Below, piece by piece: positions 55,401 through 64,000 of a stretch of DNA of 64,000 nucleotides. The stretch is from Candidatus Binataceae bacterium. Lineage in GTDB: Bacteria > Desulfobacterota > Binatia > Binatales > Binataceae. Position numbers and translations under genes: made by a program. The notes under the pieces were generated by a model. That model saw only the letters and a program-made list of their open reading frames with translations. It made no database searches and was not told the DNA's origin. The stretch covers positions 28,822 to 92,821 of the forward strand of contig DATKOZ010000059.1 in assembly GCA_035524375.1 (NCBI GenBank), given 5' to 3'. The number at the start of each line of letters is the position of its first letter. The stretch's first letter is position 1.

Positions 55401-56262
55401 CGCTGGACGGGAACTGCATCCGCATCTTGTCCGCCAGGCTGAATGCGCGCTCGCGCTCGTTCAGCAATTCATGGGCAAGCACTTCATTGGTGCAGGCGTT
55501 CTCGTCGTCGGCTTGCAGCGATTTGGCCGCGATAAACAGCATCGCCGCCTTGCGCGGCTCGCCCTCCTGAAGCCATGCGGTTCCAAGATATGAAAGGACG
55601 CGGAACTTGTTTTGATTCGACAGCTCGCCCCACTTCAGTTCGCGCAGCCGGAGCAGTCCCAAGCGCGCCAACTGGGGTTGATGAGCATCCAGATAAGCCG
55701 CTGCGCCCGATATTTCTTCGCCCAGAGCGTCAAGCGGCCCACCCGACGCAGGTTCGCATCGCGCCTGCAGGTGCACCGCCGAATCGGAAACCGTAAGCGC
55801 CTGGCGCTTGGCGGAAGTGCCGAAGTCGGTCAGCACCTGCGGATATTCGTCGAGCAGCTCCTCGATGTCCTCCCAAGTCAGGACTTCTATCGCCGCTATT
55901 CCGCCCTGCCGGTTGGCCCGGTTGAGATCGAACAACATCCGCTGCAGGCCCGCCGGCTTGGCGGCCGTGGTCGCAATCACGAAACGCCCAATTGGGAGCT
56001 TCAGGCTTGCGGCGCGGTCGGCGGCGTCTTTGATCTCCGCGGGAGTGAGTCCCGCGCCGGCTTCGCGCAAATCGCATTTGACCGCGGCCAGGCGCGGGCG
56101 TCCGCTGATTTCGATTAGATTTACGCCCTTTTCCAAGCGCTCCGGATCGCGATAGCGCTCGAGTTGAGGGAGTTGCCAATGCCGCCGCAGAAGCTTCAGA
56201 CAGAGACGTTCGAACTCTTCCGCACTTCTGGGCAGCGGATAACCGGGGGCGAGATTTGCCAT
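52426..56262 (-). CDS. 1278-aa multidomain protein: REase(Mrr)-like N-terminus, TPR/helical solenoid, GreA/B-C-terminal-like module, PIN-like nuclease domain
   Basis: ATG is at 56262 (MANLAPGY...). Residues ~14-140 follow the Mrr_cat-like layout. Residues ~200-780 are Ala/Leu/Arg-rich helical repeats. Residues ~786-860, 'GAAVCFAEEGSNTDRWVVLEDAPDPDEAVEEYGPNSTMAKTLKGKKTGEKFQLPN', resemble the GreA C-terminal 'G..V.....G.....Y.IVG..EAD...IS..SPIARGLIGK..GD.V.V..P'. Residues ~973-1125 carry PIN-like acidic positions ('AVVLDLTAI', 'TLAELRRL', 'HVLWTDDLILAD'). I saw no Walker A motif. Confidence 0.75.
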   Translation of the reverse strand: MANLAPGYPLPRSAEEFERLCLKLLRRHWQLPQLERYRDPERLEKGVNLIEISGRPRLAAVKCDLREAGAGLTPAEIKDAADRAASLKLPIGRFVIATTAAKPAGLQRMLFDLNRANRQGGIAAIEVLTWEDIEELLDEYPQVLTDFGTSAKRQALTVSDSAVHLQARCEPASGGPLDALGEEISGAAAYLDAHQPQLARLGLLRLRELKWGELSNQNKFRVLSYLGTAWLQEGEPRKAAMLFIAAKSLQADDENACTNEVLAHELLNERERAFSLADKMRMQFPSSGRAFALWLNNAPSNMSPSQLEENVSAELANDPEVATVMARRLLGGGNFERAEFYARLASTALPNSSVAWLVLGQAVLLGELAIGGAGASEAPPQDDLTRVREAESCFTQALTLAQAEASAPHQVQSLIGRAQARIALRDADGAGKDIEDAHGLEREDANGLTEYGIVLRARGSLSEAIDVLRRAAAVGGREDTEYHLAVTLRERDEPGDLQAAADLLIRAIPRPGAIPAGDFPFAVAAATDALATLERYHEADTLLAAIPEARLPKATLLTLRASLRLSQGKFDQASKLADEALASLSHETPPDSRRKLAALLHDLGRYRDALPLWQALAPIGSGGTDTRRLLDCASRLGREDIVLEITRQFHPEAAAANAPDGNLGSRLDKLEVEDPDAAMAAIEEHLRERPDDRELALRRSIVASRLGHAEAVVADPNAMPSPREVAPRLGRSAIQLMREGGRANDALAYAYEMLRHQGANIDTHRAFLFALGPVGAMPNVPDFESAAPGAAVCFAEEGSNTDRWVVLEDAPDPDEAVEEYGPNSTMAKTLKGKKTGEKFQLPNRKQATIKGTISKYSFRYMDVVINWQARFPGQPELELSKLPHTESITAAKLQEELVAMQSVAGARREDLLVQAERVYAAKTVPIHAVAERINLNDLQTMFVLAQRPEAPIKCCTGSAEELSAALGAFERANAVVLDLTAIATLCMLGRLSLLPTWPRQFVISQATLAELRRLAFDDTLLRLPPGFSASLNATGKDGRRVDVQLRGLADAMQSVCRVRDSAVLASIDQERRDSLVRLFGRHGAESIVVASMPGHVLWTDDLILADVAKTEFGVRRVWTEAALAARAQFGTLDPAELATASTKLAGWGYAFSAPSVENLMRAGAVAVWNPDQFPLKQAIEQFASETINLSDAMGLVAELIVKMYNDQYLRASRRAVTLRLLDKVGRRQGGRAAVEVLPRSLPIRFGLDLIRTRELSDVVRGWMAQAARQTPSEMTLSP

Positions 56263-56331
56263 AGTGTACCAGTACCTAACATATTGAAATAAGAGCCGAA
56301 AGCCCCCGCGCCATCGGATGATTCCGTCGCT

Positions 56332-56359
56332 TTCGCGAACTCGCAACCGCTGGTAAAAT
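56332..56359 (+). promoter_or_regulatory. Candidate sigma70-like promoter of the ABC-F gene
   Basis: TTCGCG (56332-56337), a 16-nt spacer, then TAAAAT (56354-56359), 16 nt before ATG 56376. The -35 box is weak. Confidence 0.25.
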
Positions 56360-56375
56360 CGACGTTTTAATCGTC

Positions 56376-58298
<1,923 letters not shown>

Positions 58299-59513
58299 CT
58301 ACAGCAGTCCCGCGCCGGTGGCGGCCCGGGTCGAGCCGTCGCGCTTGAATGCGTCGAGCACATGGCGCGCAATTTGCGTCAGATGCACTTCGTCCGCCCC
58401 ATCGACCAGCCGCGCCGAGCGCGCATGCCGCAGCATCGACTCAAGCGGCGTGTCAGTCGAGTAGCCGAGTGCGCCATGCACCTGAATCGCGCGGTCAGTG
58501 ATTTTCCAGAGCATGTTGGCCACGTGATGCTTGCACATCGAGACTTCCTGTTTGAACGGCAGCTTGTTCTCGATCAGGAACGCCGCATGCAAAACCATCA
58601 ACTTGGCCGCGTATAGTTCCAGCGTCGATTCCGAGATCATGAACTGAATCGCCTGCTTGTCGATTAGCAGCCCGCCCTGAACATTTCGCTCCGCCGCCCG
58701 CTTGACCATCATCTCCAGCGCGACCTCGGCGCTTCCGATCCATCGCATGCAATGCGCAAGGCGCGCGGGACCGAGCCGGACCTGCCCGAGCGTATGCCCC
58801 TGCCCGCGCGGTCCGAGCATCGCATCGCCGGGCACGATGCAATTCTCTAGACGAATCTCGCAATGGTTCCCCTTCCCGGCCATCGTGTCGATGTCGCGGA
58901 CGATCGTGAAGCCGGGGTTGGGCAGATCGACGATAAACGCGCTGTTGCGCGCCTGCGGCGGGTCGGCGTCGGGATCGGTCTTCGCGATCACGATCGCGAA
59001 CTTCGCGCCGTGCGCGCCCGAGATGAACCATTTATGACCGTTAATGACCCAGTTGTCGCCCTGCTTCACCGCGTTGGTCTTGATTTGAGTCGGATCGGAG
59101 CCGGCAACTTCCGGCTCGGTCATAGCAAAGCAGGAGCGGATTTTCCCTTCGCACAGCGGACGGAGATATTTTTCCTTCTGCGCAGGCGTGGCGAAATGCA
59201 GCATCGTATGCATGTTGCCCTCGTCGGGCGCCTGCACATTCAGAACGAATGATGCGATCCGGTTGCGACCGCATTCCGCGGATATGACCGCAATCGCCAG
59301 CGGCCCAAGCCCCAAACCGCCGAACTCGGCCGGCATATGCGGCAACCAGAGGCCGCGGCGATGCGCCTCGCGCCGCAGCTCGATTATTCCGTCGCGCCAT
59401 CCGCCGGTCTTCTGCATCTCGGCCTCGGCCGGTTCGATTTTTTCCTTGATGAACGCGCGGACCTTGTCGCGCAGTTCGAGAACATGCGGGGGCATCGTGA
59501 AATCGATCGCCAT
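58299..59513 (-). CDS. Acyl-CoA dehydrogenase
   Basis: 'CFAMTEPEVAGSDP', 'NGHKWFISGA' and 'IQVHGALGYSTDTPLESMLRHARSARLVDGADEVH' are present. It is convergent with the ABC-F gene with no gap. Confidence 0.92.
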   Translation of the reverse strand: MAIDFTMPPHVLELRDKVRAFIKEKIEPAEAEMQKTGGWRDGIIELRREAHRRGLWLPHMPAEFGGLGLGPLAIAVISAECGRNRIASFVLNVQAPDEGNMHTMLHFATPAQKEKYLRPLCEGKIRSCFAMTEPEVAGSDPTQIKTNAVKQGDNWVINGHKWFISGAHGAKFAIVIAKTDPDADPPQARNSAFIVDLPNPGFTIVRDIDTMAGKGNHCEIRLENCIVPGDAMLGPRGQGHTLGQVRLGPARLAHCMRWIGSAEVALEMMVKRAAERNVQGGLLIDKQAIQFMISESTLELYAAKLMVLHAAFLIENKLPFKQEVSMCKHHVANMLWKITDRAIQVHGALGYSTDTPLESMLRHARSARLVDGADEVHLTQIARHVLDAFKRDGSTRAATGAGLL

Positions 59514-59681
59514 AGGAAAATCACCTCGATGGCAAGGGCCTGATTTACGTTCAGAGTGCTATCCGGAAAGGCAACTGAAGGTCAACCGGCAAGGATGGCT
59601 ATACCAATTTCACTTGACTCATCGGAATTTTGGAGCGGTCATTCTGAAGGTCAAGGCCGGTGCGAAGCGCTGGGTTGACCG

Positions 59682-59750
59682 GTAGAATCTCGATTCGTGT
59701 GCTGAAACAGATCGGGATTCTACCGCTTCCGCTGCGCTGGCGCGCAGCGG
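59682..59750. other. Two adjacent hairpins downstream of gene 59805..60254
   Basis: Hairpin 1: gtagaatctcgat (59682-59694) / atcgggattctac (59711-59723), 13 bp with one mismatch. Hairpin 2: ccgctgcgc (59729-59737) / gcgcagcgg (59742-59750), perfect with loop tggc. Neither is followed by a clear U-tract. Confidence 0.3.
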
Positions 59751-59804
59751 CGTAGCTACAGAATGACAGGTAGAGAGATTGCGGGTGAATTGGAACAGTG
59801 CGTT

Positions 59805-60254
59805 TCAGGCCGGGATCGAAACAGATCGAAAAGGACTTCCAACCGGTGCGGCAGCAATAAGCGTCTGCCAGAAATCACTCGCGCCTTCAAAATACAGCGG
59901 TATCCACCGCGAGGGACCACTGCTTTGCTTCACCTCGAGGTACGGGAAAATGCCATAGGTTCGCCGATATTCCACACCAAAAACATCGCTCCAAGGAATC
60001 CAGAAGCCAAACGATCTGACCCCATCGGAACAAATTTCAACGGTATTGAGGCTCTCGCGGAACTCGAGAGCCATTGCCAATCCGAGTGCAAAGACAAGCC
60101 CCTGCCAAAAGAATAAAGGGGTGCGAGGGGAAAAAAAGCGTACCGCGGCGATTGGGCAAATGTAACTGCAAAAGGCCAGAAGGAATTCACCCACGAAGAA
60201 AACGACCTTCCAGCGAAACGGCTTCCTAAAGGTAATTGTTCCGTGCGGTTCCAC
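59805..60254 (-). CDS. Hypothetical small membrane protein (two TM helices plus a PH-like C-terminal half)
   Basis: 149 aa with a GTG start, in an AT-richer region. It has two hydrophobic segments, then 'LNTVEICSDGVRSFGFWIPWSDVFGVEYRR...'. The layout matches gene 1214..1666. Confidence 0.5.
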   Translation of the reverse strand: MEPHGTITFRKPFRWKVVFFVGEFLLAFCSYICPIAAVRFFSPRTPLFFWQGLVFALGLAMALEFRESLNTVEICSDGVRSFGFWIPWSDVFGVEYRRTYGIFPYLEVKQSSGPSRWIPLYFEGASDFWQTLIAAAPVGSPFRSVSIPA

Positions 60255-60325
60255 TAGGAACTGATGTTACTTCATTCAAAAGGCTTCCGACCAGTTTCCT
60301 GGTTTTTGCACTCCTAAGGGAGGGT

Positions 60326-60757
60326 CTACTTCTTCGCGAGCGATTCCTTGGCGATGTCGCTGGCGAGCTTGCCGTCAAGGCTTGCGCCGAATTTCTCCCG
60401 CAGCGCCTTCATCACCGCACCGATATTGCTCGCGCCCGATGTTATCGCCTCCGCGGCAGCAGCGCGGACCTCATCGGCGGGAATCGCGGCGGGCAGGTAC
60501 GAGTCGAGAACTTTGGCCTCGGCTTCGTTCTGTTCGATCAAATCCTGGCGCTTGGCCTTGCGCGCGAATTCGAGCGATTCATCGCGGCGGGCGCGTTCGC
60601 GCTTGATGATCTGAATGATCTCAGCCTCGTTCGGATCGCGCCGGACGTCTTTTTCAAGCCGGGAAATTTCGGACAGCACACCGCGCAAAGCCATCATGCG
60701 CAGCTTCTCGCCGGCCTTCATCGCGGCTTTCAGATCGTCCTGTATCTTTTGTTTCAT
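60326..60757 (-). CDS. yqeY: GatB/YqeY-domain protein
   Basis: 'IQDDLKAAMKAGEKLRMMALRGVLSEI' through '...AVMKALREKFGASLDGKLASDIAKE' is the typical YqeY pattern. Confidence 0.9.
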   Translation of the reverse strand: MKQKIQDDLKAAMKAGEKLRMMALRGVLSEISRLEKDVRRDPNEAEIIQIIKRERARRDESLEFARKAKRQDLIEQNEAEAKVLDSYLPAAIPADEVRAAAAEAITSGASNIGAVMKALREKFGASLDGKLASDIAKESLAKK

Positions 60758-60772
60758 TGAATCAGGCGCGGA

Positions 60773-61243
60773 CTATTGCGCCTTGGGAGGAGGATACTCC
60801 AGCCAGCGCGGATTTTCTGTCTCGACCCACTTGCCGCCATCCAATTTGTACTTGAATAGGAGCGCTTTGCGCATTCCGGTCGGCTTGCCCTTGCCCTCGC
60901 CCTTTTTGGTGGGAAGGTACTCGGAAGCTTCGAGCTTCGCCTCCACGTACCAAGTACCCTCGCGCGAGCGCGGGATGTACATCATCTTCGCGTCCTGGAT
61001 GTCCACGTACGGCTGACCGTTGGACTTCTTCTCGCTCTCCTCGCTGACGTACTTGTCGGACTCGTCCGCGATGACCTGCTTCAGCTGCTGTTCCTGCGCG
61101 GCGGGCATCGGGCTGACGGACGACCCGCCCTTTCCCCACAAGTCCTTTTTCACTTCGATCGCGCGGGCATTCGCCGATACCAGAATCGCGGCGGCGATTA
61201 ATCCCGCGGCGACCGACAGAGTAGCGTATGGCCTAACTACCAT
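60773..61243 (-). CDS. Secreted hypothetical protein
   Basis: ATG 61243 sits behind GGAAGGAGGAG. The signal peptide is MVVRPYATLSVAAGLIAAAILVSANARA. The mature part is Lys/Glu-rich and carries no recognised motif. Confidence 0.6.
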   Translation of the reverse strand: MVVRPYATLSVAAGLIAAAILVSANARAIEVKKDLWGKGGSSVSPMPAAQEQQLKQVIADESDKYVSEESEKKSNGQPYVDIQDAKMMYIPRSREGTWYVEAKLEASEYLPTKKGEGKGKPTGMRKALLFKYKLDGGKWVETENPRWLEYPPPKAQ

Positions 61244-61323
61244 TTCACTCTCCTCCTTCCGGGATGGCGTTATAGCACGGTTTGAGCGGAACAAATACAG
61301 CATACGGAACGAAGAAGAAAATC

Positions 61324-61425
61324 CCGAAACCCCTAACGGGTTTCGGACTTCCCGCAGTGCCGAAAACGGCGTCCCGCCGTTTTCGGAGAAGTAAATGGGA
61401 AGCGCGAAACCTCATGAGGTTTCGC
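61324..61425. repeat. Three consecutive perfect hairpins sharing CGAAA(N)C / G(N)TTTCG arms
   Basis: A: ccgaaaccc (61324-61332) / gggtttcgg (61338-61346). B: ccgaaaacggcg (61360-61371) / cgccgttttcgg (61375-61386). C: gcgaaacctc (61404-61413) / gaggtttcgc (61416-61425). They lie between the TonB-2 stop (61471) and the start of gene 60773..61243. Confidence 0.5.
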
Positions 61426-61470
61426 AAAAGTTAAGATTCGAAATTCCTCCTTCCACATGACCGATTGCCT

Positions 61471-62217
61471 TCAGCGTGCGGCGCGGTCTTCGGTCAGCGC
61501 GAAGCGGATCGGCGCCAGCACCCAGCTTTCGACGGGCGTTCCGGCGCTCCGGGCCGGGATGAATTTCCATCGGGTGCGCACAGTCTCGGCGGCGGCATCA
61601 TCGAGCGATCGGTATCCGGACGACTCCGCGATCTCGACGCGCTCCACGGCGCCATCGACTCCCACCAACGCCCGTAAAATCACTGTGCCCTGCTCGGCCC
61701 GCCGCCGCGCGCTGCTGGGATACGGCGGAAATGGGTTGACGTCATAGCGCGGCTGCGCGACGCCATCCCCACCGCCGTCGCCGATCGTATCGCCGGCGCC
61801 GGTACCGGTCGATTTTCCACCGTCGCCACCGGTGCCGTTACCAGCGCTCGAGCCCGGATACGAACCCATTGGCGCCTCGCTCGGCTTTGCCGAGATTGAG
61901 GGGACCATCGGCGCGAGGCTCGCGACTTCGGCATCGGGGGGATCGTCAGCCGGACGACGATGCGACGGGGAAGGTATCGGCGGTTTCGGCGCCGCTCGCA
62001 CATGCCGAATAGGCGCAGCTGGCGGCGATGCCGGATGCGCCGCGCTCGTACCGGGGGCGCCGCTTCCACCGCCGACAAGATAGGCGACGATCAGATCGTC
62101 GTGAGGTTTTTGCATCGGGACAACGAAATGGATGACGAGCGCGAATATCGCGAGGTGGACGGCGATCGACGCCCCAATCGGCGCGATGCTGCGGACTTTA
62201 TGTTGCTCGGCGTTCAA
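61471..62217 (-). CDS. Second TonB-family protein
   Basis: It has a TM anchor (IAPIGASIAVHLAIFALVIHFVV), a Pro/Ala/Gly-rich linker and a TonB_C end 'YPSSARRRAEQGTVILRALVGVDGAVERVEIAESSGYRSLDDAAAETVRTRWKFIPA'. The start is TTG. Confidence 0.8.
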   Translation of the reverse strand: MNAEQHKVRSIAPIGASIAVHLAIFALVIHFVVPMQKPHDDLIVAYLVGGGSGAPGTSAAHPASPPAAPIRHVRAAPKPPIPSPSHRRPADDPPDAEVASLAPMVPSISAKPSEAPMGSYPGSSAGNGTGGDGGKSTGTGAGDTIGDGGGDGVAQPRYDVNPFPPYPSSARRRAEQGTVILRALVGVDGAVERVEIAESSGYRSLDDAAAETVRTRWKFIPARSAGTPVESWVLAPIRFALTEDRAAR

Positions 62218-62579
62218 ATTGATTCCGGCCGGGAGATCGCAAACGGCATGGCCAGAAGCGGTCAGGTTGCGCCGCGAAAAGTATCGACGATGATGCGGCG
62301 CGGGGAATGTCCACTTCTGAAGCCTCCCTCGCCCGCGAAGGTTCCATCGGCTCCATCGATTCGCGCGGTAGCCTGGCTCGGCGAGAATCGCATGATGGCG
62401 ATCCTCGCCCTACAGTTGCGGGGCAGCGCCGGAGTTGGACCGGCTTTCCCGCGGCGAACCAGCTACGACATTAGCGGCGGTATCGGGCAAGTCAACAGGT
62501 GGCTAGTATGAGACGGTTTGGGCTTGGAATGGTGACCACGCGAGAACCTTGTCAGGGAAAAGACGGTGGAACTCGGCAA

Positions 62580-62930
62580 ATGGGCGACTCGTCAAAAATT
62601 CTCAAAGTGATCGAGGGCGGCCGACTCGTCGCGATTACTTTCGTAATGGATTATGTACAACTGCAATTCGACGATGGCTTACTTACCCTTTTCACGTGGC
62701 CGACAGTGAAGATTGGCAGTGTTACATTCAAGTGGAAAGACATCGGCTTTCGTGATGCTCTTTGCGAACTGATCACCCATGAGGTGGTATCAACGAGTGT
62801 CCGCGAACATGACGCAGTCAAAATTTCCTTTGATAACCTCGCAGCCGTCGATGTCTCGTTAAAGGAGGCTGATTACCGTTGCCCCGAGGCCCTAACATTT
62901 CGCCACAGTTCCGGCTTTTGGGTCCTCTGA
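62580..62930 (+). CDS. Hypothetical protein (orphan, AT-richer)
   Basis: The ORF 62499..62930 has an internal ATG at 62580 that I prefer (MGDSSKILKV...). I recognise no motif. Confidence 0.4.
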   Translation: MGDSSKILKVIEGGRLVAITFVMDYVQLQFDDGLLTLFTWPTVKIGSVTFKWKDIGFRDALCELITHEVVSTSVREHDAVKISFDNLAAVDVSLKEADYRCPEALTFRHSSGFWVL

Positions 62931-63073
62931 TTTCGACCCTGAAGAAATGGGTGGCCTGCGATACGGCCGGCCCTTAGACTGCCGCAGCATCACGGACTGA
63001 TTCGCCCGGTGGGAGGGGTTTGACAAAGACCCCATTCTTGTACGCTTATAATCGGAGCAAGGAGGAACACTAA

Positions 63074-64000
63074 TGAAGTTCACATGGTTCCATCTGATGC
63101 CGTGGCGGTTTCTGGCAAACGACTTCCGCGAGAAGCATCGCAGCGTATGGGTCGATCTACCGCGCACGATGTACGACCCGAAAATCGGGCATCGGCTCTA
63201 CAACGATTATCTCGACCAGCTCGAATTCGCCGACCAGATGGGCTTCGACGGCATCGGCGTCAACGAGCATCATCAGAACGCATACGGAATGATGCCGTCG
63301 CCGAACCTGATGGCGGCCGCCCTCACGCGCCGCACCCGCAACGCCAACCTGGTCGTGCTGGGAAATTCGATTGCGCTCTACAATCCGCCCATCCGTGTCG
63401 CGGAGGAGTTCGCGATGCTTGACGTGATGTCGGGCGGGCGGCTGATTGCCGGCTTTCCGGTCGGCACCTCGATGGACACGAACTTCTGCTACGGCCAGGT
63501 GCCGGCAACGTTGCGCGAGAAGTATTACGAAGCGCACGATCTGATTATCAAGGCGTGGAAGGCAAAAGACGTCTTCGCGTTCAACGGCAAGTTCACGCAA
63601 TTGCGCTACGTTAACGTGTGGCCGCGCCCGGTTCAGGAACCGCATCCGCCGGTGTGGATTCCGGGCGGCGGCTCGGTCGAGACTTACGATTTTTGTGCCG
63701 ACCACGATTACCAGTACAGCTTCCTCTCGTATTTCGGTTACATCGCGGGCAAGAAGGTCGCCGACGGCTACTGGGAGGTGATGGCCAAGCGGGGCAAGCC
63801 GCTCAATCCATACAGCATGGGCTTCATCCAGACCGTCGCAATCGCGGAGACCGACGCGCAGGCCGAAAAGGATTACGCGCAGCACATGGATTACTTCTAC
63901 AACCGGTGCCTGCACGTCTATAACGGCTTCGCCGACGCGCCGGGTTATCGCACGGTCAAGACGATTAAGGCCGGCCTGCTCGGGCAGGTCGGCGACTTGG
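63074..64000 (+). CDS. LLM-class (luciferase-like) flavin-dependent oxidoreductase, 3'-truncated by the window end
   Basis: This gene is not in the ORF track because no stop is reached. Hand translation from ATG 63074 (AGGAGG RBS at 63061) gives MKFTWFHLMPWRFLANDF...QMGFDGIGVNEHHQNAYGMMPSPNLMAAAL...LGNSIALYNPPIRVAEEFAMLDVMSGGRLIAGF, typical of LLM monooxygenases. The frame stays open to nt 64000. Confidence 0.85.

Noticed and set aside
63157-63915. 252-aa minus-strand ORF, the only long ORF the track reports here
   Set aside because: The plus strand carries an open frame from ATG 63074 with an AGGAGG RBS and clear luciferase-like monooxygenase motifs, running off the window. The minus ORF is its shadow.

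Overview
This is a 64-kb, visibly GC-rich chromosomal segment from a diderm (Gram-negative-type) bacterium, shown by an Omp85-type barrel, TonB proteins, a TonB-dependent receptor and lipoproteins. About 57 protein-coding genes are supportable and coding is almost wall to wall. By eye I found no rRNA, tRNA, CRISPR array, transposase or integrase. Housekeeping anchors are rimP-nusA-ylxR, recO, acs, an ABC-F ATPase and yqeY. Three things stand out. (1) Ten paralogous genes (P1-P10) total about 18.9 kb by coordinates, roughly 30% of the window. Each encodes a multi-pass membrane domain carrying GT-C/TMTC-like motifs ('F-x-x-D-D' ahead of a 'WWF.DP.H.P...YYRP' loop), fused to a C-terminal TPR domain. 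They sit in tightly coupled tandem arrays of 2 + 3 + 1 + 4. One array is spliced directly behind ylxR, where infB normally sits, and another feeds into an NfeD/SPFH pair. Three members have lost the DD motif and three show graded loss of the TPR domain. (2) A 1278-aa single-polypeptide candidate conflict system combines an apparently degenerate restriction-endonuclease-like N-terminus, a long helical/TPR solenoid, a GreA/B-C-terminal-like module and a PIN nuclease domain. Two small co-directional genes follow it. (3) The first 3 kb is an accessory islet. It holds a PIN-gene stub, REP-like palindromes, and BrnT/BrnA and HigB/HigA toxin-antitoxin pairs with apparently near-leaderless sigma70-like promoters, flanking two AT-richer genes. 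The rest is ordinary metabolism and envelope: TPP enzyme, CoA-transferase, acyl-CoA dehydrogenase, MaoC dehydratase pair, SDR, GH57, beta-carbonic anhydrase, a TonB/TBDR cluster, a tungstate/molybdate-type binding-protein cluster and a partial LLM oxidoreductase. All family assignments come from motif recognition by eye, and no database search was run.
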